Source: a virus. From it: 64,000 nucleotides of DNA. The DNA is taken from positions 1 to 64,000 of IMG/VR virus record IMGVR_UViG_3300025133_006890, one strand, 5' to 3'. Positions 35,679-44,819 of the stretch are shown here, in pieces. How positions within the stretch are numbered: position 1 is the first letter of the stretch; every line of letters starts with the position of its first letter. Below the pieces are notes generated by a model. The model was not told the DNA's origin, ran no database searches, and worked only from the letters and a program-made list of their open reading frames with translations. Both the position numbers and the translations under genes were made by a program.

Positions 35679-36747
35679 GAACGTTGATGGGTTGTGGAGT
35701 TATTTGAAGTCTGGCAGGCCATATGTTATTGCTGAAGCTGGTGTAAATCATTTAGGATCAATTGAGCTTGGCGAGCGGTTAATCTCCAAGGCTAAGTATG
35801 CAGGCGCAGATGCAATCAAATTTCAGTCGTACAAGGCAAAGACCTTGTGTACGAAGAACGCTCCAAGATTTTGGGATTGGGAGGGAGAAGAGAAGCAAGA
35901 TGGTTCTCAATTTGATTCATATTCTAGCTTGGATTCGTTTGGACACGACGAACATAAAGAACTAAGGGACATTTGTGACGCTTATGATATTGATTTCATG
36001 TCAACGCCGTTCGATTTTGAGGCTGTCGAGTATCTTCATGAGTTGGGCATGTTGGCGTACAAGGTTGCGTCGTGTGATATTAACAACTTTCCGCTATTAG
36101 AACGAATCGCCCAAAAGAACAAAATTGTGATGTTATCCACAGGCGCGTCTATTATGGAGGAGATCCAGAGAGCTGTCGCCGTTTTAGAACAATATACAAG
36201 TAAAATTGTTATCATGCATTGCAATTTGGTATATCCTACGAAGGATCAAGACGCCAACCTTAGAATGATCAACCATATCAAGGAAGAATTTGGCAAGCGA
36301 TACGTTATTGGCCTGTCGGATCACACAATGACTTTGAACTCGCCATCCATTGCGTATGCTTTGGGAGCCAATGTGGTTGAAAGGCACTTTACAGTTGATA
36401 AAACTCTTGAGAAGAGTGCAGACCACTGGCTGTCCGCCGACCCGGAGGAGCTAAAAGAGATAATAAGGCAGATTAACAACGTTGATATTCTTATGGGTAA
36501 ATACGACAAGAAAATCTGTACAGATCCTGAACTACGAGCACGCGCCAACGCCCGAAGATCAATAGTGGCTTTCAGAGATATACAGGCGGGCGAGGTTTTA
36601 ACCCTTGAAAATATTTCATGTAAACGCCCCGGCTATGGATTGAGTCCAACATTGTTTGGTTTAACACTTGGACACAAGACAACCAGAGATATTAAAGAAG
36701 ATGAACTCCTTAAAATTTCTGACATTCAGGGAGGATTGCTATTATGA
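35662..36747 (+). CDS. neuB: N-acetylneuraminate-synthase family (nonulosonic acid synthase) with C-terminal SAF domain
   Basis: IAEAGVNHLG, ADAIKFQ, STPFD, KVASCD, LSTG, MHCNLVYP, GLSDHT, ERHFT, RRSIVA..KRPGYGLSP. Confidence 0.93.
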   Translation: MMGKFKNVDGLWSYLKSGRPYVIAEAGVNHLGSIELGERLISKAKYAGADAIKFQSYKAKTLCTKNAPRFWDWEGEEKQDGSQFDSYSSLDSFGHDEHKELRDICDAYDIDFMSTPFDFEAVEYLHELGMLAYKVASCDINNFPLLERIAQKNKIVMLSTGASIMEEIQRAVAVLEQYTSKIVIMHCNLVYPTKDQDANLRMINHIKEEFGKRYVIGLSDHTMTLNSPSIAYALGANVVERHFTVDKTLEKSADHWLSADPEELKEIIRQINNVDILMGKYDKKICTDPELRARANARRSIVAFRDIQAGEVLTLENISCKRPGYGLSPTLFGLTLGHKTTRDIKEDELLKISDIQGGLLL

Positions 36748-37613
36748 GTAGGTGTTTGGTAACTGGGCATTTAGGCTTTATTGGAAGTCACTTATTTGAA
36801 AAGCTTAAAGAAGATGGTCATGATGTTGTTGGTATTGACTTTAAGCATAATAAAGAATATGACATATTGGAAGTCTTTTCTGATGTTGATCGAGGACTGA
36901 AATATTGTGGAGGAATAAGAGGCAAGCCGGATTATATTTTTCACATGGCGTGCATCCCACGTATTGGATATTCAATTGAAAATCCCGTTGAGACTATGAG
37001 AAATAATATTCTAAGCACATCATACATGTTGGACTTTGCTACGACAACGGGAGTTAAGAGGTTTATTTATTCTAGTTCATCTTCTGTTATAGGTAATGGC
37101 GATGGCCCAACCAGCCCATACGCACTACAGAAAGCTACTTCCGAGAAAGAGGTTGAGTTGTGGTGCAGTTTATATGGTTTGGACGCCATATCGCTAAGAT
37201 ACTTCAACGTATATCACAAGGAACAGCCAGCAGATGGATCATATGCTACTGCGGTTGCAGCATGGATGAGTTGTATCAAAGAGGGCCGTGATCCATTTAT
37301 CACCGGAACAGGCAACCAACGACGAGATATGTTACACGTTAGTGATGCAGTACGAGCCAATATTATGGCCATGGAACACGATGGCCCATTCAAAGGGGAA
37401 CACTTCGACATTGGGACAGGCAAAAACATTTCACTAAACGAGCTAAGAATGCTCCTTCTCAGACAACATACAGGTGTTGAATTTGATTATAAACCTTCAC
37501 GACCAAACGAAGTACAAGAAACTAAAGCAGATATTAAATCAGCCAAAAAGGGTTTGGGCTTCGAAACTTTAGTTTCAATCAAAAAGGGTGTTGAGGAGTG
37601 TTTTAAGAAATGA
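36744..37613 (+). CDS. NAD-dependent epimerase/dehydratase (extended SDR)
   Basis: VTGHLGFIGSHL, YSSSSSV, PYALQK, LRYFNVY, RDMLHVSD. Confidence 0.92.
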   Translation: MSRCLVTGHLGFIGSHLFEKLKEDGHDVVGIDFKHNKEYDILEVFSDVDRGLKYCGGIRGKPDYIFHMACIPRIGYSIENPVETMRNNILSTSYMLDFATTTGVKRFIYSSSSSVIGNGDGPTSPYALQKATSEKEVELWCSLYGLDAISLRYFNVYHKEQPADGSYATAVAAWMSCIKEGRDPFITGTGNQRRDMLHVSDAVRANIMAMEHDGPFKGEHFDIGTGKNISLNELRMLLLRQHTGVEFDYKPSRPNEVQETKADIKSAKKGLGFETLVSIKKGVEECFKK

Positions 37614-38050
37614 AGTTAATTGCCCACCGTGGGAACATGAATGGTCCTAATCCCGAACGGGAAAATACTGTAAGTTATATTGTTGAGGCTATTACGCTAG
37701 GATATGATGTTGAGGTTGACGTTTGGTATGACCCAGAGAGGGACATTTTTCAACTAGGACACGACAAGCCAGACGAAATAGTCACAGCTGCATTTCTCAA
37801 AAGTCCACAGATTTGGTGTCACGCCAAAGATATTGTCACCCTTAGAATGTTACATACACGAGGCACTCACTGCTTTATTCATGACATTGACCCAGCCACC
37901 CTGACTTCGGATAACCATATATGGATATATCCTGGTATGGAGTTGGTCCCAGATTCAATTTGTGTATTACCAGAACTGGGATATAACGGCGAAATAAAAC
38001 GATGTTACGGCATCTGTAGCGATTATGTTACTAATTATACACACTTATGA
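37610..38050 (+). CDS. Short glycerophosphodiester-phosphodiesterase-like protein
   Basis: LIAHRGN, PERENT, VEVDVW, LGHD, WCHAK, GICSDY. Confidence 0.78.
   Translation: MKLIAHRGNMNGPNPERENTVSYIVEAITLGYDVEVDVWYDPERDIFQLGHDKPDEIVTAAFLKSPQIWCHAKDIVTLRMLHTRGTHCFIHDIDPATLTSDNHIWIYPGMELVPDSICVLPELGYNGEIKRCYGICSDYVTNYTHL
38030..38040 (+). promoter_or_regulatory. Candidate late-promoter motif ACTAATTATAC
   Basis: Starts 37 nt upstream of ATG 38067, which has an AAGGAG RBS; identical to 10868-10878. Confidence 0.5.
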
Positions 38051-38066
38051 TGATAAAGGAGAAAAA

Positions 38067-38261
38067 ATGAAATTATCAATTCAAGCGCTTAACGTTCTAA
38101 TGATGGCGTTACAGAAGTCTTTGCTAGAGCAGAGCGACATTGTTCCGGTCTTGCAGGGATTTGAGTTTGTGGAAACAGAGGAAGGGCTCTGGATTAAGAA
38201 TCCTCCTATCGTTAGGACCACGAAAGCGATTCCAGTTGAAGAGCTACAGGCAGCAGATTAG
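38067..38261 (+). CDS. Small hypothetical protein
   Basis: AAGGAG RBS before ATG 38067 (MKLSIQALNVLMMALQK). Confidence 0.75.
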   Translation: MKLSIQALNVLMMALQKSLLEQSDIVPVLQGFEFVETEEGLWIKNPPIVRTTKAIPVEELQAAD

Positions 38262-38548
38262 TGAACTATAATCCAGAAATCGGACAGAAATTTAGAATTA
38301 TTTATGGTTATAAAGAGTGGGAAGATGAGGTCGTCGTTTATGAAACAAAATCTTACCATGCGCCTAATTCCCACGGTCGGGGATTCTATTTTAAATCTCT
38401 GAAGACTGGCCAAAAAGGCGGAGCATTTATGGATAACGGATCCAGTTGTAAGTATGCTAATTGGCATAACGCTAGTTGGGGCTGTTGGTCACACGATCAT
38501 CCAGTAACTGGAAGCTGGCCAGTCTCAAAGTTGGAGTTAATTGAATAA
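38261..38548 (+). CDS. Hypothetical protein
   Basis: GTG start overlapping the upstream TAG; TAATG coupling downstream. Confidence 0.6.
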   Translation: MNYNPEIGQKFRIIYGYKEWEDEVVVYETKSYHAPNSHGRGFYFKSLKTGQKGGAFMDNGSSCKYANWHNASWGCWSHDHPVTGSWPVSKLELIE

Positions 38549-38787
38549 TGCCAAAATACACATATAAATGCACCAAGTGTAACATAGAGTTCGAAGCTAT
38601 TCATTCGATGAGCGAGGAGTTGGAAGATTGCTCGACTTGTCTGGCAGAGAATTCTCTTCAAAAAGTTCCTCAATTTGGATTTATCTTCAAAAAGAAGAAC
38701 AAAGCTGGTAAGATTGTAACAGAGAATATTTCAGAGGCCAAGCGAGAACTAGAGGCCATGAAACAAGAAATGAGGAAAAAAATATAA
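38548..38787 (+). CDS. FmdB-family zinc-ribbon protein
   Basis: MPKYTYKCTKC...FE...CSTC. Confidence 0.85.
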   Translation: MPKYTYKCTKCNIEFEAIHSMSEELEDCSTCLAENSLQKVPQFGFIFKKKNKAGKIVTENISEAKRELEAMKQEMRKKI

Positions 38788-39110
38788 TGTTGTGGATATT
38801 GGGAATAGCACTTGGTGGATCAATCATCATGAATGTTGTGGTATTGGCTGGTCTGTATGGAGTACACCAGAAAACAAAATCATTCATTGATTATGTGAAT
38901 ATTATAAATATTGATTTGGAGGATTTTGTAGATCATCTGGAATATGTCCATGGACTTGAGAGATATTACGGCGACGAGACTTTGATAGAGTTGATTCAAC
39001 ACGTTGAGGTGTTAGCAAAAGATGTCAGAATGCTGCTAGAAACGGGCATAAACGCTGACGAGGAGATGGCAGTACGTGACAAAGAAGAACAGAAGACGGA
39101 AGAGGACTAA
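38787..39110 (+). CDS. Hypothetical protein with N-terminal transmembrane helix
   Basis: MLWILGIALGGSIIMNVVVLAGLYGV. Confidence 0.7.
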   Translation: MLWILGIALGGSIIMNVVVLAGLYGVHQKTKSFIDYVNIINIDLEDFVDHLEYVHGLERYYGDETLIELIQHVEVLAKDVRMLLETGINADEEMAVRDKEEQKTEED

Positions 39111-39789
39111 TAACTATTTCACTAAGGTACATCAAGACGCCATAGTTGAATATGCACTTGCCTCTACAAAGAAAGAGAAGGAAGAGCTATATGTTATCAT
39201 TCAACCAGCATTCAATGAGCTGGTAGACAAGATTGTTTTTACATATAAGTTTACAAACCTCCCGAACATTGACGTTCTGAGAGAAGAGTGCAAGATTGCT
39301 TTGACGCTAATCTTGGACAAATTTAATCCAGACAAGGGCTCCAAGGCATTTTCATATTTTAGTGTAATCACAAAGAACTGGTTTATTCAACAAACAAAAA
39401 ACACTGCAAAACAATCTAGAAGAGAATTGCAATTCGAAGATGCAGCTTCAGAGATTGAAGATAGTGCGACAATCGAACCACACACCTACATTAATACGCG
39501 CGAGAAGAAAGAGTTTTGGAACTTTTTGTTACAAGAGATAAATGATTGGGAGTGGGAGGAAGTGGAAAACCAAAAGAAGAAGCTATACTCAAACGATCTA
39601 AAGGTGGTAAAGGCCATTAAAATGTTGTTTGAGTCTCCCGATGACATAGATATTCTTAATAAAAAGGCCATCTATCTGTATCTGCGAGAGCTTACCGGAC
39701 TTAATACAAAACAAATTGCCTGTAGTTTAAAGAAGTTCAAGATAAAATACGCAGAGTTCAGAAAAGAGTGGGAATCCGGACAAATATAA
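39076..39789 (+). CDS. Phage RNA polymerase sigma-factor-like protein (T4 gp55-like late sigma)
   Basis: NYFTK, YKFTN, DKFNPDKGSKAFSYFSVITKNWF matches the sigma region-2 pattern of gp55-type proteins; GGAG RBS before GTG. Confidence 0.72.
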   Translation: MTKKNRRRKRTNNYFTKVHQDAIVEYALASTKKEKEELYVIIQPAFNELVDKIVFTYKFTNLPNIDVLREECKIALTLILDKFNPDKGSKAFSYFSVITKNWFIQQTKNTAKQSRRELQFEDAASEIEDSATIEPHTYINTREKKEFWNFLLQEINDWEWEEVENQKKKLYSNDLKVVKAIKMLFESPDDIDILNKKAIYLYLRELTGLNTKQIACSLKKFKIKYAEFRKEWESGQI

Positions 39790-39809
39790 TTCTTGCTCAT
39801 AATTATAAT

Positions 39810-40115
39810 ATGAGTAAAAAAGAGCTTATTGGAAAAGCGATAACAAACATAGATTCCGATCGAAAACGAACTCTTGATCTTTTGGCCGAGCTGCAAGCGG
39901 AGTTCGCAAACGATCCAGAAGTCAAGCACAGTCGCTCTGGAGCAATAGCAGCAAAGTATGTGGAAACTCTTCAGCGATCAAATGAGCAGCTGGTGAAGAT
40001 TATTTCAATTATGAGCAAATCCTCTTCAACTGACGAGGAAGAAGAAAGCTTGTCAGAAGAGGATACTGTTGCCTTGTTCGACTTGATTCAAAACGGTGAT
40101 AGTGAGGTTGGATAA
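39810..40115 (+). CDS. Hypothetical protein
   Basis: ATG 39810 directly follows the motif CATAATTATAA (39798-39808); acidic tail; TAATG coupling. Confidence 0.7.
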   Translation: MSKKELIGKAITNIDSDRKRTLDLLAELQAEFANDPEVKHSRSGAIAAKYVETLQRSNEQLVKIISIMSKSSSTDEEEESLSEEDTVALFDLIQNGDSEVG

Positions 40116-40711
40116 TGTCAAACGAACAGAGCGTAGATCCAAAATCTGTTAGAAACAAGTGCGGCAACGAAGATCTTGTAAATGTAAAAAGGTCTGATGT
40201 GCTGGACAAGATGATTAACAGTTATCTTGGCGGCGACCCAAATAGCAAATCAGAATATCTAGCATATGTAAGAAAAATTGTTCCATTTTTGACCGACAAC
40301 GTATCGGGCTCGAATGAGCCTATTTTTCCACTTTCAAATGAAATTAGTGTCGTCGACCCGTTTTATAACATAGAGGAAGACAGAGAGAGGATATTAAATG
40401 CTGGAAGAATTAATATTAAGGGCGGCGACCTCAAAGTTATATTGTTTGTGGAAATTCCATTATTGTTTGAAAAACTAATTAAAATAGACGGCTCCAATTC
40501 AAATATTTATTCATTACACACACTTTTAAGAGTTGAGATAACAGAGAAGGAAGAAAGAAAAACGCTTGTAAACGAAGCAATAATTATTTCTTTCAAAGAT
40601 AAGTCCAACTTGAGATATCCTTATTTTCTAAGATATCCAAAAAATAAACCAGTGATGGTAGAAGAGGACGTTTGTAATAAGGCTAAAGTCGGAGACATTC
40701 TAACGAGTTAA
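40115..40711 (+). CDS. Hypothetical protein in baseplate module
   Basis: Coupled ORF with GAGG RBS; position just upstream of the gp5-like gene. Confidence 0.65.
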   Translation: MSNEQSVDPKSVRNKCGNEDLVNVKRSDVLDKMINSYLGGDPNSKSEYLAYVRKIVPFLTDNVSGSNEPIFPLSNEISVVDPFYNIEEDRERILNAGRINIKGGDLKVILFVEIPLLFEKLIKIDGSNSNIYSLHTLLRVEITEKEERKTLVNEAIIISFKDKSNLRYPYFLRYPKNKPVMVEEDVCNKAKVGDILTS

Positions 40712-40714
40712 ATT

Positions 40715-41686
40715 ATGGGAAGTGGAACTGTAAAACTTGTAGATCAAAAAAAGCTGGATGAAAGAAAGCAAATTTTGATTGATTGCTCGAAAAAGTCTGG
40801 TCAACGCTTGCAAGTTGGGTCTGGACTGCATGGCCAATCCGGCATCCAAAGGGTTCAGCCGACTTTTCACAGAAGATCAGATAGGACAATCATTGTCACA
40901 CCCGATAGCGCTGGCGCAACGATTTTTGATAACAACCCAGAATATGCTAAAGAGGGTGCTGATTTTTGTTCTAGAGTTTCAATGATCGCCGGAATAAACG
41001 GACACAAACTAAAAGAAGATGATGTTATTGGAGATCCCGACTTGCTAAAGAGCGCCGCCTCTGTTGTCGTGCGGCAGAGAGCAAAGTCACAAGACGCATT
41101 AAGCTTGGTGATCCCGAACCTTGATGATGGCGGCGGCGCAACAGCATCTGATCGTGAGGGCAAGTCATATGAGGCTTTCTCTGATGTTACTGCTTATGCC
41201 GATGTAATACAACTTGTTGCTAGAAACGGTGGCGTTAATTTGTATGCAGGCGGCGTGGATTCAGAGTTGTCCAACGGAGTTCCAAATCGAGAGCCAATTG
41301 GTGTTAATTTAATTTATGGCAATAAAATTGAAAAAGATGAAAAAAGTCCCTATAGTTTACAACCATTAGTGAAGGGTGATGCTTTGGTCAAAGCCTTGTC
41401 GGATCAATCTGATCGGATTAAGAAGTTAGGTTCCGTCGTGTTTCAAATCCAAGCAGATATGAGCTTCTTGAAGATATTTTTAGCCATGCATACTCATCCA
41501 ATGACGCCACTCGGCATCACAACCCCATCCCTTGAGCTAGCCGTCGCCACAGGCGCCTCAGCCATTAAGGACGTATTCAATATGCTAAATCTAGTGACAG
41601 AACAGTGGAACACTATTGCGTCTGAGTGGAATGCCTCGATTGCCACCCCGGGTAATATCTTAAGTAGATGGAATAAAACTAACTAA
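40715..41686 (+). CDS. Putative baseplate hub/central spike (gp5-like C-terminal region)
   Basis: ADVIQLVARNGGVNL, LQPLVKGDAL, MHTHP (HxH metal-binding motif of spike tips); position upstream of gp25/gp6. Confidence 0.55.
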   Translation: MGSGTVKLVDQKKLDERKQILIDCSKKSGQRLQVGSGLHGQSGIQRVQPTFHRRSDRTIIVTPDSAGATIFDNNPEYAKEGADFCSRVSMIAGINGHKLKEDDVIGDPDLLKSAASVVVRQRAKSQDALSLVIPNLDDGGGATASDREGKSYEAFSDVTAYADVIQLVARNGGVNLYAGGVDSELSNGVPNREPIGVNLIYGNKIEKDEKSPYSLQPLVKGDALVKALSDQSDRIKKLGSVVFQIQADMSFLKIFLAMHTHPMTPLGITTPSLELAVATGASAIKDVFNMLNLVTEQWNTIASEWNASIATPGNILSRWNKTN

Positions 41687-43581
41687 TGACAGAGAAAAAA
41701 GACATTTCTGCTTTAGAGAGCGTTGTAAAGAAGTCACTAAGCGTTAAAACTGCTGGTCTTGCGGCCATTAACACTGCCATATCTGCTGTTAATTCGGGGG
41801 TTGCTGTCGGCGAGAGTCTCGTCGGCGCAATAAATGACTTAAATAAGTTCACAAACGATCAACTTGACAAGCCATGTGCCCGAGTCCCGCCAAATTTTGA
41901 TGATTTGACGAAAGATATACAAGATATAACATACTGCAAAGAAAAGACCGACAGGTTGAAGAAGATTGGTGACGCATTTGACTTCAAGGACGATGTTGAC
42001 GTTCTCGGAGCGGGCGGCGCTTTGCTTGATCTCCTCTCAGATGTTTTGTTAACAAACAAAAAATGGACAGACTGCATTGATCCCTATTATTTAAAGTTTT
42101 TTAATTTAGTTCCGGTTCACTTTTATTTAGCTTTAATCTTGAAGAAGTTGTTAGACGAAGCTGGGTGGAGCTGCAAGAACGAAGAAGATATGGCAAAGAT
42201 TGCTGAGAATTGCACCGAGGCTACCTTAGGTAGACTTTGTGGTCAATTGGATTTGCCGACTGTTGACCCAATCACTTTGCCATCTTTGCCAATTATTCCA
42301 ATTTTAGATCCTCTTGTTATTTTGCAGAATGTCGTTATTGAGACAGTGTGTTCGTTGGCTTGTTTTTATCTAGATGAAATAGTTAATTTAGTTGTCGATG
42401 TGATGTCGTGGACTGACAACGAGTTTGTTGAAGGCTTAACTGAAGACGGCGAAATACCAGCATTAGTTAAGATTAATTTGAATACTGTTGTGTTCAAAGA
42501 GTTGTTGGACGAGGCCAGGGTTGTTTTCCCATATATGGCCTCGGCCACTTCGGAAGTGTTTGAGAGTTATTTCAATATAGTTCATACGACTGAATCAATA
42601 TCACAACAAGAGATTATATTTTTATTGCTTGGTGAGGAGGCTTGTGATGCGGTCAAAAAGCTGATAATCGTTGGAGAAGCCCCGCAGTTAGCAAGTCTAG
42701 GTTTGGACACATCGGTACATGTAGTTGAGTTCTTTGAATTTTTGTCATCGAAGGTCAGCGTATACGATATCATAGATGAGTCGAAGAAGGCATCTTGTAT
42801 CCCAAATCCATGTTTGGAATTGGACAAGGCGGCTGAGCAAAAGTTTTTCGACCAAATTGAAGTCTTGTGCGATTTAGTCAGCGGACCAACCACGATGCCA
42901 GAAGTTCCCATCGCCGGAATCCTAAAACAGGTTGGCGTTGAGTCTGCATCACAAATAAGCGTAAAGTCAATGATGTTCCCGACTCACACTTCATCCAAGC
43001 AATACTTAGAGAAGATCTTGAAAGTGTCTGGAGATTCAATCCTCGCTGTTAATCTGTCGCCCGCGACCCATATAAGCTCAAAGAAATATAAAGAGCAGAA
43101 GAAGAAGTATCAGGATTCCAAGAAGACTGATGACGATAAATCTTTATGGGCTCAATTCAGATATGGAATAGAAAGATATTCAGTGGAGGATGTCCATGAT
43201 GGGGAGGTGTTGACTCTAAAACAAATAATGTCCCTATCCAACGCCACACTAAACGACGGTGGCCTTAAATCGTTTAAAAAACTAAAATCGAAACTTGGAA
43301 TAACAGCAAGCAGCTTCCAACTGATTGATTCGGCAGACGTAGGGCTTGTTGGTCTCGGATTGAACTGGCCCGGACAGTCCACACCTTCAGAATCTAAAAA
43401 GTGTCCAGAAATCCTTGACTCTGATTTCCCACTCGCCATGGCAGCTTGGAACTTGGCTAAGTCTAAGGGGGATCCTCTTGTCCATATTAAGAAGGATCCG
43501 AAGTATAGTTATCTAACGGCTAAGCCTAAAAGTAGAGACCACATTGAAAAAATGCAAAAGAGTTCTTTGGGGTGTGAATAA
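41686..43581 (+). CDS. Hypothetical Cys-rich protein in baseplate module
   Basis: 631 aa coupled ORF with numerous dispersed cysteines; no recognised family. Confidence 0.7.
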   Translation: MTEKKDISALESVVKKSLSVKTAGLAAINTAISAVNSGVAVGESLVGAINDLNKFTNDQLDKPCARVPPNFDDLTKDIQDITYCKEKTDRLKKIGDAFDFKDDVDVLGAGGALLDLLSDVLLTNKKWTDCIDPYYLKFFNLVPVHFYLALILKKLLDEAGWSCKNEEDMAKIAENCTEATLGRLCGQLDLPTVDPITLPSLPIIPILDPLVILQNVVIETVCSLACFYLDEIVNLVVDVMSWTDNEFVEGLTEDGEIPALVKINLNTVVFKELLDEARVVFPYMASATSEVFESYFNIVHTTESISQQEIIFLLLGEEACDAVKKLIIVGEAPQLASLGLDTSVHVVEFFEFLSSKVSVYDIIDESKKASCIPNPCLELDKAAEQKFFDQIEVLCDLVSGPTTMPEVPIAGILKQVGVESASQISVKSMMFPTHTSSKQYLEKILKVSGDSILAVNLSPATHISSKKYKEQKKKYQDSKKTDDDKSLWAQFRYGIERYSVEDVHDGEVLTLKQIMSLSNATLNDGGLKSFKKLKSKLGITASSFQLIDSADVGLVGLGLNWPGQSTPSESKKCPEILDSDFPLAMAAWNLAKSKGDPLVHIKKDPKYSYLTAKPKSRDHIEKMQKSSLGCE

Positions 43582-44424
43582 ATGATTGGTTTCGTGACAT
43601 ATACTAGTACGATTTTACAAGTCTTAATCGAGGATCGGATCAGAAGTTTTTTGTTTGATAAGATGATGCTGTTGGAACTTTATCAGACAAAGCGTTCAGA
43701 AATAAAGAAGTTTGTAGAATCTGGGGAGAATCTTTCGGAAAACTCCATATGGTATACTGAGTTCGTGAAGGGGTTGGAAAGTGAGTCGCCCTCTGGTTCG
43801 GATGGAATTTTGAAGATGTATCTCCTTGCGGCCGCGTTCGATAAAGATTTTGATCCCGCAACAATTGATGATCTAACTAATGATGGCTGGGTCTTGAAGT
43901 CTAAGAAAAAACTATTTGACAGATTTAATTTCATTTTTCGAGAAACTGCTGGAGTTCTATCTAGGTATGACCCAAAAACCCAGACCATCGCGAAGGAAGA
44001 TAAGACAAAAATAATGCAGTCAGAAGAAACAAATGATAAGTTTTGGGCTGAGCAATTTGAAACCATAAAGAAAACCTCTTCGCTGAAGGACTACAAGTTT
44101 TGGTTGGCCTTGCACGAAGCCACTCTCAAAGCGATCCAGAAAAAGCTAGACGCCTTATCTGGGACAAAAGATGAAATCGTCAATGCCAATCCGCAAATAA
44201 AGGAACTTAAGAATAATTATTTAAACAATAAAAAGTTTGCTGAACTTGTCGAAGAGCATAAAAAGGCATTAATGAAGGATATAGAGGAGAACACAGAGGC
44301 CACCAACAAGATTCAAAAATCAATAGATTCTGTGAAAGCGATTCTCGACACGGCCAAAGATCGGATTGATCAACAGCGAAAGATTACTGAAATCATGAAA
44401 GAAATAATGGAAACAATAAACTAA
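43582..44424 (+). CDS. Hypothetical protein with C-terminal coiled coil
   Basis: Abuts both neighbours; heptad-like K/E/I-rich C-terminus. Confidence 0.7.
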   Translation: MIGFVTYTSTILQVLIEDRIRSFLFDKMMLLELYQTKRSEIKKFVESGENLSENSIWYTEFVKGLESESPSGSDGILKMYLLAAAFDKDFDPATIDDLTNDGWVLKSKKKLFDRFNFIFRETAGVLSRYDPKTQTIAKEDKTKIMQSEETNDKFWAEQFETIKKTSSLKDYKFWLALHEATLKAIQKKLDALSGTKDEIVNANPQIKELKNNYLNNKKFAELVEEHKKALMKDIEENTEATNKIQKSIDSVKAILDTAKDRIDQQRKITEIMKEIMETIN

Positions 44425-44804
44425 TGACAACGGGGATATCCATCAAACTGCCAGCAAGTTATGATCCAGAAGACGGACCATTCGCACTAACGAAGACGAT
44501 CCCACAGGCGATCAAACAGAATTTCAGGAATCTCGTTATGACCAATCCCGGCGAGCGCGTGATGAATAGCGATTTTGGAGTTGGCATCAGAGTGCTCTTG
44601 TTTGAAAACATAGACACAGACATCTCAGAGAGGATACGAGAGAGATTGTTCGATCAGGTGAACAGGTATATGCCGTTCATAAAGATAATAAAATTCGAAA
44701 CAAATTATGATGAAAGTAATTACTTATGGAACATCACGATAAAGTACGCAATCGAAACAATTGGTATTCCAGACGAGTTGTCGGTCAGCGTTGCAGACCT
44801 TTAA
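44424..44804 (+). CDS. gp25: Baseplate wedge subunit, T4 gp25-like
   Basis: IKQNFRNLVMTNPGERVMNSDFGVGIRVLLFE...YMPFI. Confidence 0.92.
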   Translation: MTTGISIKLPASYDPEDGPFALTKTIPQAIKQNFRNLVMTNPGERVMNSDFGVGIRVLLFENIDTDISERIRERLFDQVNRYMPFIKIIKFETNYDESNYLWNITIKYAIETIGIPDELSVSVADL

Positions 44805-44819
44805 GATTGGAATAAGAAA

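Noticed and set aside
14235-38050. Host chromosomal O-antigen/capsule locus next to a prophage
   Set aside because: No export or polymerase membrane proteins, no housekeeping genes, integrase or att-like junction seen, and the cluster is translationally coupled to phage-type genes on the same strand.
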